The notes under the pieces: model-generated
What the model was told of the DNA's origin: nothing
What the model saw: the letters and a program-made list of their open reading frames with translations, nothing else
The model's database searches: none
Program-made: the position numbers and the translations under genes
Shown: positions 54,789-63,665 of the stretch, in pieces
Position numbering within the stretch: position 1 is the stretch's first letter
Layout of the letters: each line of letters begins with the position of its first letter
NCBI GenBank assembly: GCA_965206955.1
Contig: OZ242252.1
Coordinates: 3,187,394-3,251,393 of the forward strand
Direction of reading: 5' to 3'
Source: Candidatus Foliamicus sp.
GTDB taxonomy: Bacteria; Pseudomonadota; Gammaproteobacteria; Steroidobacterales; Foliamicaceae
DNA length: 64,000 nucleotides

Positions 54789-56108
54789 TCAGCGGTTGCT
54801 TATCCAGCCTCCACCGAGCGCTAGGTAAAGGTTGACAATTGCGTTGAGATAGGCGCGCTTGTTGCCGAGCACGTTGTTGCGCGCACTGTATAGGAAGTCT
54901 TGGGCGGTCAGGACACGGTGGTATTCAATCACACCCTCCCGGTAGCGCACCTCTGTGATACGCAGGGATTCCTCGGCCCGCTTCAGGTCTTCGAGAGCGA
55001 TCTGATTGAGCGAATCCAGCAACTCGATGTTGCCCAGTACGATTTGGATGTCGTTGAACGCGCGAATCACGGTCTGTCGGTAACTGGCCAGCGTCGATTC
55101 CATCTGCAGCTGGGCGCTCTCTCGGGCGCGGCCGCGCCGGCCAAAGTCGAACACGTTCTGCGCCAGCGAAGCACTTAAACTCACCGAGAAACTGTTGTCC
55201 GAGGTCAGATCCCGCAGCGAGTCGCTCGCGTTACTGGTCGAACCCGTAAGTGAGATGCTCGGCAACAGCGCATTGCGGGCGATCCCGACGTTGGCGCGCG
55301 CCTGGCGCAAGGACAGTTCCGCCTGCACGATATCGGGGCGCCGCACCAGCAGTTCCGAAGGCAGGCCGGGCGCTACGGTCGGGGTCTCCAAATCGGCCAG
55401 TGTCGTGGCCTGCACGTCGAAATTCCGCACCGGCTCCGCCACCATGATCGCCAGCGCCGCACGCGCCGCGTACTCTTCCTGGCGCAACTGGGCCACGGCG
55501 TTGCGCTGCCGCTGTACCTGGATCTGCTGCTGCAGCGCGTCGATCGGAGTTAGGATGCCCGCATCCACCCGGGCTAGCGTAATCCGTTCGATGAATTCCG
55601 CGGTTTGCAGGTTTTGCCTGGCGGCCTCGATCTGATCACGCGCAAAGAGAATCCGAAAGTAGGTGGACGCCGCCAGGACCCGGATGTTCAACAGTGTGCT
55701 GGCGAGTTGCGTGGCGGCGGACTCGTACGTCGCTTCGGCCAAGTTGTAGCGGTAGGGCTTGCTGAGAACGTCCGCGTAGGCCACGCCCAGGCCCAGACGC
55801 GCGGATTCGGCATGCCGGTCGGAAAAACCTTCCCCGTCGCCGGACCACTCCGATCCACTGTAGCTGGCGCCGGCGTTGAAGTCCACGATCGGCGTGGGAT
55901 AAAGGTCGAATCCCGCGTCGATCAGCGCAAGTTGCGCCTGGCGGAAACTGCGCTCGGCATTCTTGAGATCCAGGTTGCGCTCCTCGACGAGTTGAATGAT
56001 GGAACTCAGCTCAGCGCTGCCGAACGATTCCCACCATTTCGCGCTCGGCCATTGGCCAATAGCCGTGTCGCCCCAGTCCGGCGGAACGTCGCCGTCGAGC
56101 GCCGGCAT
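54789..56108 (-). CDS. Outer-membrane efflux protein (NodT/TolC family lipoprotein); annotated from the first ATG, but the signal peptide lies upstream without a canonical start
   Basis: WWESFGSAEL..., two OEP repeats, C-terminal LYLALGGGW. In-frame upstream codons 56177-56109 encode (I)TLPLRLIPAIAAATLVSC GTAS, a lipobox. Confidence 0.85.
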   Translation of the reverse strand: MPALDGDVPPDWGDTAIGQWPSAKWWESFGSAELSSIIQLVEERNLDLKNAERSFRQAQLALIDAGFDLYPTPIVDFNAGASYSGSEWSGDGEGFSDRHAESARLGLGVAYADVLSKPYRYNLAEATYESAATQLASTLLNIRVLAASTYFRILFARDQIEAARQNLQTAEFIERITLARVDAGILTPIDALQQQIQVQRQRNAVAQLRQEEYAARAALAIMVAEPVRNFDVQATTLADLETPTVAPGLPSELLVRRPDIVQAELSLRQARANVGIARNALLPSISLTGSTSNASDSLRDLTSDNSFSVSLSASLAQNVFDFGRRGRARESAQLQMESTLASYRQTVIRAFNDIQIVLGNIELLDSLNQIALEDLKRAEESLRITEVRYREGVIEYHRVLTAQDFLYSARNNVLGNKRAYLNAIVNLYLALGGGWISNR

Positions 56109-56189
56109 CGAAGCGGTGCCGCAACTAACGAGGGTGGCCGCCGCGATTGCCGGGATGAGGCGGAGGGGGAGTGTTATGAGATTTCTCCG

Positions 56190-58163
56190 TTACTGTGTCG
56201 CGAGCGCTGCCACTGGATCCATCCGCGCCGCGTGCTTAGCTGGGGCGCAGCCGAATAGTAGCCCGGTCAAAGTTGCACTGAGCAAACCGGCGAGCAGGAT
56301 CACCGGTGTGACAGAGCACTGAATAGGCGTGAACGCATTCATCGCCAAACCGAGCCCAACTGCCAGAAGCAGGCCCACGATTCCACCCAATCCCGAGACT
56401 AGTACTGCTTCGCAAACGAATTGCAGAAAGATGTCGCGCTGCCGCGCACCGATAGCCAATCGAAGCCCAATCTCACGAGTTCGCTCGGCCACGGAAGCCA
56501 GCATGATGTTCATGACGCCGATTCCCGCAATGGCCAAGGAAATACCGCCGATTACACCAAAAAATCGTTGCATGTTCCTAGTGATATTCTCTTGGGCTTT
56601 CCGCACTGCCACCTGATTGGTGATCTGTATTCCTTCAGTTTCGTCACGCTTCCTAAGAAGAGTTTCAATTCTGGCTTGAGTAGCTTCTACCTTATTGGCA
56701 TCAGAAACCACCACCTGAATTGCGTCCAAGTGTTGTCTGTCAAATAGTCGCACCGAGCCCGTATGTAGCGGCAGAAATACCGCGTTCGCTTCCGGTTGGA
56801 ACGCGTAAGAAACTTGTTCAGGGCGTTTTAGCACCCCGATTACCTGGAATGGACTGCCGTTGATAAGAATGAAATCCCCAATTGGATTAGCGTTCGCGCC
56901 AAAATGTGTTTCTGCAAGCATGCTACTCAAGACTACGACTGGAGCATAGTTTTCACTTTGCGCATCAGTAAAGAACACGCCTAACGCCAATTGCTTGTTA
57001 CTGTTTTCTAGGGCCCAGCCTGTTGTTGCTACCACCGGTGCATATTCTTCTCTTTCGCCCGCCAGCACCATTGCGTTTCCATGGATTTCTGGCGCAACCG
57101 AGACTAGATTGGGGATTTGGTCGCGGATCGCCAACGCGTGGTCAAGCGATAAGACTTGGACCTGCTCCCTCGGTCTGTAACTAGGAATAATTGTTAGGCT
57201 CTCGCCTCCTAATGCATTCAAATCTTCGGCGATTTGTCGACGTAAACCTTCCGCAACACCCAGCATAGCTGTTACCGACATGACGCCAATGCAGATGCCT
57301 AGAATCGTAAGCGCAGTTCGGAATTTATTCTGGTTTAGCGCGCGGAAAGCAGTGCGAAAGCTCTCCTGAAGCGTCAGAATCTGAGTCCAACCACGTGCTT
57401 TCTTTGAAGAGGCAGAGCTCGGCGACTTGCTATGCCGCCTGGAGCCGGAATCCGCAGGCATGCCGGAGTCGGACACGATTTCTCCATCCAGCAATCTAAT
57501 CCGGCGGTTTGCGATTGCCGCTACGTCAGGATCGTGAGTAACCAAGACGATTGAATGCCCCTCATCAGAAAGGGCCCTCAACTGCGCCATGATCTGCCGA
57601 CCACTGGTGGACTCCACCGAACCGGTTGGCTCGTCCGCTAGAATCAATTCTCCTCCGTTCATCAGTGCCCGTGCAATCGCCACGCGCTGCTGTTCGCCGC
57701 CAGACAGTTCGCCCGGCCGATGATTAAGGCGATTTGAAAGGCCCATACTCTTAAGCAATTTCTCCGCATGCGCCATGCGGATGCCTTTCTGCGTACCCAA
57801 GTACACAGAGGGAATCTCGACGTTTTCTCGAGCCGATGCTGAGGGAAGCAAGCCAAAATCTTGAAAAATGAATCCAAATGTCTCGCGACGTAAGTAGGCG
57901 CGATAATTCGACGAAGCTGTGTGTACGGGCCTCCCCCGGTAGTAGTACTCTCCACTGCTAGGCCGGTCCAGGCACCCGACAATGTTCAACAAAGTAGTCT
58001 TTCCGGAACCGGAAGGCCCCGTTATTGCCACTAACTCTCCGGCACGAATGCGTAACGTTATGTTCTGGAGCGCTGCAATATCGATTCCCCCGATTTGATA
58101 ATGGCGACTTACTTGCCGCAACATGATCAGGGGCGCTGACTCTGAATCCGATGTTCCGCGCAT
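56190..58163 (-). CDS. macB: MacB-type ABC transporter (fused ATPase + FtsX-like permease)
   Basis: GPSGSGKTTLLN (Walker A), LSGGEQQRVAIARAL, LILADEPTG. Large periplasmic domain between TM1 and TM2, and a C-terminal FtsX domain. Confidence 0.9.
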   Translation of the reverse strand: MRGTSDSESAPLIMLRQVSRHYQIGGIDIAALQNITLRIRAGELVAITGPSGSGKTTLLNIVGCLDRPSSGEYYYRGRPVHTASSNYRAYLRRETFGFIFQDFGLLPSASARENVEIPSVYLGTQKGIRMAHAEKLLKSMGLSNRLNHRPGELSGGEQQRVAIARALMNGGELILADEPTGSVESTSGRQIMAQLRALSDEGHSIVLVTHDPDVAAIANRRIRLLDGEIVSDSGMPADSGSRRHSKSPSSASSKKARGWTQILTLQESFRTAFRALNQNKFRTALTILGICIGVMSVTAMLGVAEGLRRQIAEDLNALGGESLTIIPSYRPREQVQVLSLDHALAIRDQIPNLVSVAPEIHGNAMVLAGEREEYAPVVATTGWALENSNKQLALGVFFTDAQSENYAPVVVLSSMLAETHFGANANPIGDFILINGSPFQVIGVLKRPEQVSYAFQPEANAVFLPLHTGSVRLFDRQHLDAIQVVVSDANKVEATQARIETLLRKRDETEGIQITNQVAVRKAQENITRNMQRFFGVIGGISLAIAGIGVMNIMLASVAERTREIGLRLAIGARQRDIFLQFVCEAVLVSGLGGIVGLLLAVGLGLAMNAFTPIQCSVTPVILLAGLLSATLTGLLFGCAPAKHAARMDPVAALATQ

Positions 58164-58189
58164 GAACGAATTGGCCGTGCTTGCGAGCC

Positions 58190-59593
58190 TTACGGCAGAA
58201 TAAAGTTGCCGAAACCATGGACTTGCGCCGACATGGGAGACTGCGCAAGTCCAATGACCACTCTCTCGCCCTCAGAAAGCCCCGACAAGATTTCGGCTTC
58301 CACGGAGTTGCTCAAGCCGACTCGAACCGAACGCCGTTCTACCTTTCCTTGCCTGCCGATAACTTGCACTGTTGCAAAGCGTGAGATTGGACCAACAATT
58401 GCGCCATTATCTTCCTTTGAGACGGAAAGATTCGGGATCGAGACTTCGGTTTGCGCAGAGTGAACTCGCGGTGATATCTCGGGATCATTGTGCAGTGCAT
58501 AGTGCGCAGCAGCGCTTGTCGGTCCAAGGCCATCAGTAAAAGCTAAAGCACCGAGCGGAACCTTAAGCACGTTACGCGAAACGCTAGTCAGAAAAAACAC
58601 CTTGGCACTGATACCCGGCCATAGCGCACGGTCAGCATTGTCAACTCGGAGCATTGCGTCGAAATGCGTCATTCCATTGAGTCCCCCCAACATCTGGGGA
58701 AGAGGAGAAATCTCCTGCAAGCTTGTCCACCACAGGCGATGTCCGCCCGCCAGCGTCGTGAAATATGCCTCCATGCCCGGCGTCAGTTGTAAAATATCTG
58801 GCTCAGGTATCTTGGCGATTACCTGCATCATGTCCAGGTTGCCGATGCGTAAGATGACCGGGGTCGTCTGCACCGCATTCAATGTTTGTCCTTCCTGAAC
58901 ATGAACACCCACTACGGTGCCTCTCGACGGTGCTGTGATACGCGTGAAGGCCAGCAGAACCCTTGCCTCTCTTACAGTGGCCTGCACCTGTTCGATTTGC
59001 AGCAAATAGCGGGCCAGATCCGCTTGCGTCTGGGCGAGATTCGCGATCGCCCGCTCGTGTTCTACTTTGGTCGTGGCTTGCGCCTTCATCAGGCGTTCTT
59101 GACGGGCTAATTCAGCCTGCGCCAATTTAAAGTTTGCTTGCAGAGAAGGCGAGCCGACTTCCAAGGCTCGAAGGCTGGCCTCAGCAGCTGCTACTCGAGC
59201 TTGCTGAATGTAATCATCAATTTCAGCCAGCAAGTCGCCCGCAGACACAGTGTCCCCAAGTCGCACATGCAACTTCTTCAATTGCCCGGATACCTGCGCC
59301 CCAACATCCAAGACCTTGCTCGCTCGCAAATTACCTGAAGTCGCTATGACGTTCTCAATATCCCCCCTCGCAACGGGTACCGTTACGGGCGAGAGTTGAG
59401 GCGCGACATCTTCCGGCCAAACAAGCCAAGTGCCGAAAGCGGCTATTCCGAGGAATGCGATTGCCAGAGTACGGCGGCGCAAAGTCCAAGCCTGAGAATT
59501 GACCTGCCTTTGCCTTGGCGAACGTCGCGCTGTAGTAGTTGACCCGCCTCGCAAGCGAGTCAGCCACCTATGCAACCAGCGTTTGAGTCTCAT
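58190..59593 (-). CDS. macA: Periplasmic adaptor (HlyD/MacA family membrane fusion protein)
   Basis: N-terminal TM, coiled-coil (ARVAAAEASLRALE...LAQAELARQERL) and beta-barrel domains. Immediately upstream of macB. Confidence 0.85.
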   Translation of the reverse strand: MRLKRWLHRWLTRLRGGSTTTARRSPRQRQVNSQAWTLRRRTLAIAFLGIAAFGTWLVWPEDVAPQLSPVTVPVARGDIENVIATSGNLRASKVLDVGAQVSGQLKKLHVRLGDTVSAGDLLAEIDDYIQQARVAAAEASLRALEVGSPSLQANFKLAQAELARQERLMKAQATTKVEHERAIANLAQTQADLARYLLQIEQVQATVREARVLLAFTRITAPSRGTVVGVHVQEGQTLNAVQTTPVILRIGNLDMMQVIAKIPEPDILQLTPGMEAYFTTLAGGHRLWWTSLQEISPLPQMLGGLNGMTHFDAMLRVDNADRALWPGISAKVFFLTSVSRNVLKVPLGALAFTDGLGPTSAAAHYALHNDPEISPRVHSAQTEVSIPNLSVSKEDNGAIVGPISRFATVQVIGRQGKVERRSVRVGLSNSVEAEILSGLSEGERVVIGLAQSPMSAQVHGFGNFILP

Positions 59594-59689
59594 TTCTTAC
59601 AACCTGTAGTCGCTCGAATCCATTTCCTGCCAATCGTGGATAACTATCTCGCCCAAGCGGGTTTACAGATAATCAATAGCACCCAATTC

Positions 59690-59719
59690 AAAAAACAATC
59701 ACGGGCGCCATGAGGCGCC
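59690..59719 (-). terminator. Candidate intrinsic terminator between the hypothetical gene pair and macA
   Basis: Minus strand: GGCGCC-ucau-GGCGCC, then cgugauug and UUUUUU. The 8-nt gap between stem and U-tract is atypical. Confidence 0.4.
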
Positions 59720-59921
59720 GTAGGACGCAAAATGACACGCTAGAGAATGGTTATCCGAAAAGGCTTCGAACCGCTGCACACATGCATTGCGTCCTTTCGC
59801 CGACGGAATCCTGCCACTCAAGACCGGCAGCTTACTCTGCTAGCAAGTTGCCAAGGTTGATCGATTCCTATACCCGATCCAGCTTCGTGGAACGCATGCC
59901 ACTTGCGATCAAACTTCAGGA

Positions 59922-60176
59922 TTATGCACACACATCCTTCGAGTCTTCGGCGAGTCTCCGACGCCGTTGCGCCCAGTTTAGGGCGCAGAATACGAACGTG
60001 ACAAAAGAGGATAGGGTCAATATGGCCGGAATTACTATCTCATCTGGCATCCAACGCGCGCCCGGATTGGCGAATGACTCAATTATCCATCCGCAAGTAT
60101 TCGCGAATGGCAGCAGCAACCATAATGAAGCAAACATCCAAATCAGCCAATCCGAGCGGCGCGTTTTGTGATTCAT
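59922..60176 (-). CDS. Small membrane protein (2 predicted TM), hypothetical
   Basis: WLIWMFASLWLLLPF and IVIPAILTLSSFVTFVFCAL hydrophobic segments. Starts 3 nt after the upstream stop. Confidence 0.5.
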   Translation of the reverse strand: MNHKTRRSDWLIWMFASLWLLLPFANTCGWIIESFANPGARWMPDEIVIPAILTLSSFVTFVFCALNWAQRRRRLAEDSKDVCA

Positions 60177-60179
60177 GAG

Positions 60180-60746
60180 CTAGGGCCGTCGTCCGCAAAC
60201 AACATTGATCATATCATCCAATAGCGAGTGACGAGTGACGAATTCCGCCGTTACTGCCGCTGTCACAGAAAGGGCAATACCCTTATACGCTGCAGTAACA
60301 ATTATCTCCTTCGCTACCACCGCTACCGCGCCAGCGCCAACGGTCGCTCCGCCAGCGGCCAAAATCGGAACTGCGGCTAGGCTCGCAACTGCAAAGTAAG
60401 TTCCGAGCCTTGTGGACATATCACATGCTTGCCATCCCCTTAATGCTTCGCCGCGCAAAAAAAGGATGTCATTCTCGCACGGAGCTCCTGACGAATTCCT
60501 GGAGTAACTTCCCCACGCTCCCGCGCGGTCATAGATTTTCAATGCAGATCCCTGCATAGGAAACCCTTCACAATTTTGTCTAGTCCACCCGTAATAGGTG
60601 ACATTTCCAGACAAGGATTCGCCTGGAAAATGATGCCCAAAAATTGCGTGGGCCGGTCTTGGCACCGCCAATATCAGCGAACCTACAAGCACGCATGAAA
60701 GCACTGTTATTCCTCCGCCTTCAATAAATTGCTTTACTCTCTTCAT
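60180..60746 (-). CDS. Secreted hypothetical protein: Cys-containing N-domain plus Gly/Ala-rich hydrophobic C-terminal region
   Basis: GGGAGGG RBS before the ATG at 60746. Signal peptide MKRVKQFIEGGGITVLSCVLVGSLILAVPRPAHA. C-terminal AAVPILAAGGATVGAGAVAVVA... Confidence 0.55.
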   Translation of the reverse strand: MKRVKQFIEGGGITVLSCVLVGSLILAVPRPAHAIFGHHFPGESLSGNVTYYGWTRQNCEGFPMQGSALKIYDRAGAWGSYSRNSSGAPCENDILFLRGEALRGWQACDMSTRLGTYFAVASLAAVPILAAGGATVGAGAVAVVAKEIIVTAAYKGIALSVTAAVTAEFVTRHSLLDDMINVVCGRRP

Positions 60747-61199
60747 TATTCCCTCCCGGGTTGTGCTCAAATGAACCGGCATTGATGCCGGACCTTGCTA
60801 TTGCTCCTCGATTCAAGAGAGACATCGTCTACACCTCTGTATGAGCGTTAGGTTTGAGTCCCTCGGCCAGAAATGCGCAAAGGTCAATACACGCACCTAG
60901 CACCACCTATCGAGCAATAACTCGGATTAACGGAACTAACACCGCACCCAGAATCTACCGCGAGCCCCACGCTGAAATTCCTCTAAGAATTGGAATACAG
61001 CGTCGTCACAGGAGAGTCAGAAGCTTGGCCGAATCCTCACGACCCATGCTCGTGGACGTATCCAATAGGCACAGTGGGACCGGCGAGTGCTGACGATTGG
61101 ACCATAGTCCGTAGCTTTGAAAACAAGTCATCACGTGGACTCAATTCCGGCTAGAGATCTACTTCCGGGCGAGCTTCCCAAGGTCCACGTTCAGTGCTG

Positions 61200-61227
61200 T
61201 TGACAAGCTTCCATAACATCGTATAAT
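61200..61227 (+). promoter_or_regulatory. Consensus sigma70-type promoter upstream of the recombinase gene
   Basis: TTGACA (61200-61205), 16-nt spacer, TATAAT (61222-61227). GGAG lies 7 nt before the ATG at 61270. Confidence 0.55.
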
Positions 61228-61269
61228 CCGAGTTAAACTAAGCTGCACGGGGACACTTGGAGATTACAA

Positions 61270-62223
61270 ATGTCAAGACAAAGTGGGGGAGGTGTGTTCA
61301 GTGCAAGCGTTGGTGCCCCTTCTGTTTCTAATCAGGTAAAGCGTCTTATGCGGCAAGCTACCGCTTACAACACGCGGCGGACTTATGAATCCATGCTCAA
61401 AGGGTTTGATGCTTGGCAGAAAGGTCAGGCAGCGGACGATGCGTCCATTGCAAACTACGTTGCGCACCTAGAGGCATCGGGAAAGGCGGTTGCCACTGCA
61501 CGCCTCGCGTTGGCTGCAGTACGGTCAAGGGCCAAGGCAAAGGGCCAGCCACCGCCTGACGGGCCAATTACCGCTAAGGTGCTCGAAGGCTTTGGTCGTT
61601 CCGGCAAGAACGAGGGACGGGGGCAAGTTTTCGGGATCGTGTGGGAGCAGGCCGACGAGATGATGCGCACTGCCAAGCGCGCCGGGGACTTGAGGGGACT
61701 TCGGGACGCCGCGCTGATAGCGATTATGTCCGATGGCCTGCTCCGAATCAGCGAGGCGGCCGCCATTCAGTGTTCCGATGTAACTCTTGCGCTGGATGGA
61801 ACGGGCCGCGTACTCATTGGCCGCAGCAAGACTAATCAGGCTGGACGCGGCGTCGTAATGTTCTTGCGCGCCAGCACTATACGTCGGTTTTCTGCTTGGA
61901 CCGCCGTTTCCAGAATTAGCGCGGGACCGCTGTTTCGACCGGTTGATAAAGGAAGAAAAATTGGAGTGGGTTCCCTTTCTGTGGAGTCGATTCGCTCCAT
62001 CATTCAGCGATGGGCAAGGGCAGCCAACATAACCGGGCGTGTTTCCGGTCACAGCTTGCGCGTGGGGTCTGCTCAATCGCTGGTTTCCGCCGGAGCGAGT
62101 CTGGCCGAACTACAACAAGCGGGCAGGTGGAGGTCGCCCGAAATGCCGGCTTACTACGCGCGATCGGAGCGTGCCGGAAGAAATGCCGTAGCACGCCTCC
62201 GGCCAGATGAGGATCTGGCATAG
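61270..62223 (+). CDS. Cre-like tyrosine site-specific recombinase
   Basis: LLRISEAAAIQCSDV...IGRSKTNQ, SGHSLRVGSAQSLVSAGASLAELQQAGRWRSPEMPAYY align block by block with Cre (LLRIAEIARIRVKDI...IGRTKT, SGHSARVGAARDMARAGVSIPEIMQAGGWTNVNIVMNY). The R..HxxR..W..Y catalytic pattern is present. Confidence 0.85.
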   Translation: MSRQSGGGVFSASVGAPSVSNQVKRLMRQATAYNTRRTYESMLKGFDAWQKGQAADDASIANYVAHLEASGKAVATARLALAAVRSRAKAKGQPPPDGPITAKVLEGFGRSGKNEGRGQVFGIVWEQADEMMRTAKRAGDLRGLRDAALIAIMSDGLLRISEAAAIQCSDVTLALDGTGRVLIGRSKTNQAGRGVVMFLRASTIRRFSAWTAVSRISAGPLFRPVDKGRKIGVGSLSVESIRSIIQRWARAANITGRVSGHSLRVGSAQSLVSAGASLAELQQAGRWRSPEMPAYYARSERAGRNAVARLRPDEDLA

Positions 62224-62345
62224 GACCGCGCGACAATAGAGCAGCTGATGCGAGCTCGGCGCGTTGGCCTTGGCCGCCAAGATAAACATCTCTCCTTCAC
62301 TTTCCAGGGAGGAAGAAACATGCGGGCATTAGGGGCTGTTCGTGT

Positions 62346-62381
62346 CCCCTTTTGCCGAAACCATCTATTCGGAAAACGGGG
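62346..62381. repeat. Imperfect 14-8-14 inverted repeat (lox-like architecture) downstream of the recombinase
   Basis: ccccttttgccgaa-accatcta-ttcggaaaacgggg. The arms match 12/14 as a reverse complement, with an 8-bp asymmetric spacer. Confidence 0.4.
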
Positions 62382-62570
62382 AGCCTGGCAGGTGCTATGC
62401 GGTCCTCACCGACTGGCGGTTCCTGCGGTGCCGAATTGATCTGAAAGCAACGCCAGCGAAAAACACTTGAGTGCTGCATAAGTGTCTAGACCGACTAGAC
62501 GGTCTTAGGGTAGAGCGGCGGCAGTTCTCCGTACTGAGCACCTGGCGATCACACCTATAATCCCGGTCCG

Positions 62571-62771
62571 ATGTATTCGCAGATTCAGAGTTGGGTACGA
62601 AGCAATTACGGCTGGGTACCCAAATCACGTTGGATCGCACACTGCAAGGAACTCGCTGGGCTTCCCGTTCGTCGTGCATGGAATCGGCGCGGCGATCAGC
62701 GAGCGGTTCCGTGCCCTGCCGAGAAACAGGCAGCGATCTTTGCTGCATTCCGTCACTTCGGAATGCTCTAA
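62571..62771 (+). CDS. Small hypothetical protein (66 aa)
   Basis: MYSQIQSWVRSNYGWVPKSRWIAHCKELAGLP...VPCPAEKQAAIFAAFRHFGML reads like a compact conserved small protein. No function recognised. Confidence 0.4.
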   Translation: MYSQIQSWVRSNYGWVPKSRWIAHCKELAGLPVRRAWNRRGDQRAVPCPAEKQAAIFAAFRHFGML

Positions 62772-63073
62772 GTCAGGGTCGATGATAAGCAACTGATATA
62801 CAAGACCTGATGGAATGCAGTGGTGTTGCGTCCCTCCCCTAAAGTGCCATCTATTCTTTGTTACCTGCCCTCTGCGCAATAGCCGACGACCGGCACCCTA
62901 AGACCGAAGGCGGATTCCTACAAACCAGAGCTGGAATCTACGACGACCATCTGCCCCGCCAGCCAGCCCGTCAACGCCTGCCAAGGCATCCCCATTAGAA
63001 ATCTCGCCGAACCAATCCTATGTTCATTGGTGTGGGCGGAAGGCCGTGCATATCACAACTAAGAGGAAATGAC

Positions 63074-63511
63074 ATGACTAATGGCAACAAAGATTACGAG
63101 AAGAGGCGGCAAGAGGACATGGACCGCATATCGGAGGCAATCGCCCCAATCGCGCAAGGGTTTAGGGCAGCGTATGAGCGGCACGTTGGCGATCAGGAAA
63201 AAATTTACGATGACCTGTACGCCCAAGGGCTGCTGCCGAAGCGCATTATTGTTTCCGATGGACAGGACGCCCAAGTCTGGGAAGCTACGGCAGACGGCCC
63301 AAAGATCGTGAATCGCTCCAATAAACCGAATCTTGACCAATGCCCTTTCGCGTTAAGGCCGAGATCCGGAGACGTCAAGACACCTTGCGCCGCTAATCGG
63401 CGATGGGATTTGAGGGTCTCCTTATCAGAAACGGCTCGGATGACGGGCAAACGGTCAGGCAAAGTCCTCATCTGCGAGTGTCCGGCCCAGTCTATTCCAA
63501 TATGGAAATGA
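63074..63511 (+). CDS. Hypothetical protein (145 aa)
   Basis: AAGAGGA RBS before the ATG at 63074. No recognisable domain. Confidence 0.4.
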   Translation: MTNGNKDYEKRRQEDMDRISEAIAPIAQGFRAAYERHVGDQEKIYDDLYAQGLLPKRIIVSDGQDAQVWEATADGPKIVNRSNKPNLDQCPFALRPRSGDVKTPCAANRRWDLRVSLSETARMTGKRSGKVLICECPAQSIPIWK

Positions 63512-63665
63512 GCCTGAACCGGGGTGATGAGGAGGAGTCAGTAGGGTTTGGATTCGAGGGATTGAAAAGGGAGTCGTAATGATGCCTTGACGGAGGCGGA
63601 TCCGGCAACAGGGCGGTGGACGGGTTGGCGGCGGGCTGATGGGTAGCCGGCGGAAAGGGATTCAA

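Noticed and set aside
59740-59830. tRNA-like fragment on the minus strand (…gcagcggttcgaagcc…) between the small membrane-protein gene and macA.
   Set aside because: A GGTTCGAA-like T-loop motif is present. The flanking bases do not form T, acceptor or anticodon stems, so no cloverleaf can be drawn.
62248-62748. ORFs 62248-62439 (+) and 62395-62748 (-) in the spacer after the recombinase gene.
   Set aside because: There is no RBS, the composition is unnatural, and they overlap the lox-like repeat and the better-supported small gene 62571-62771.
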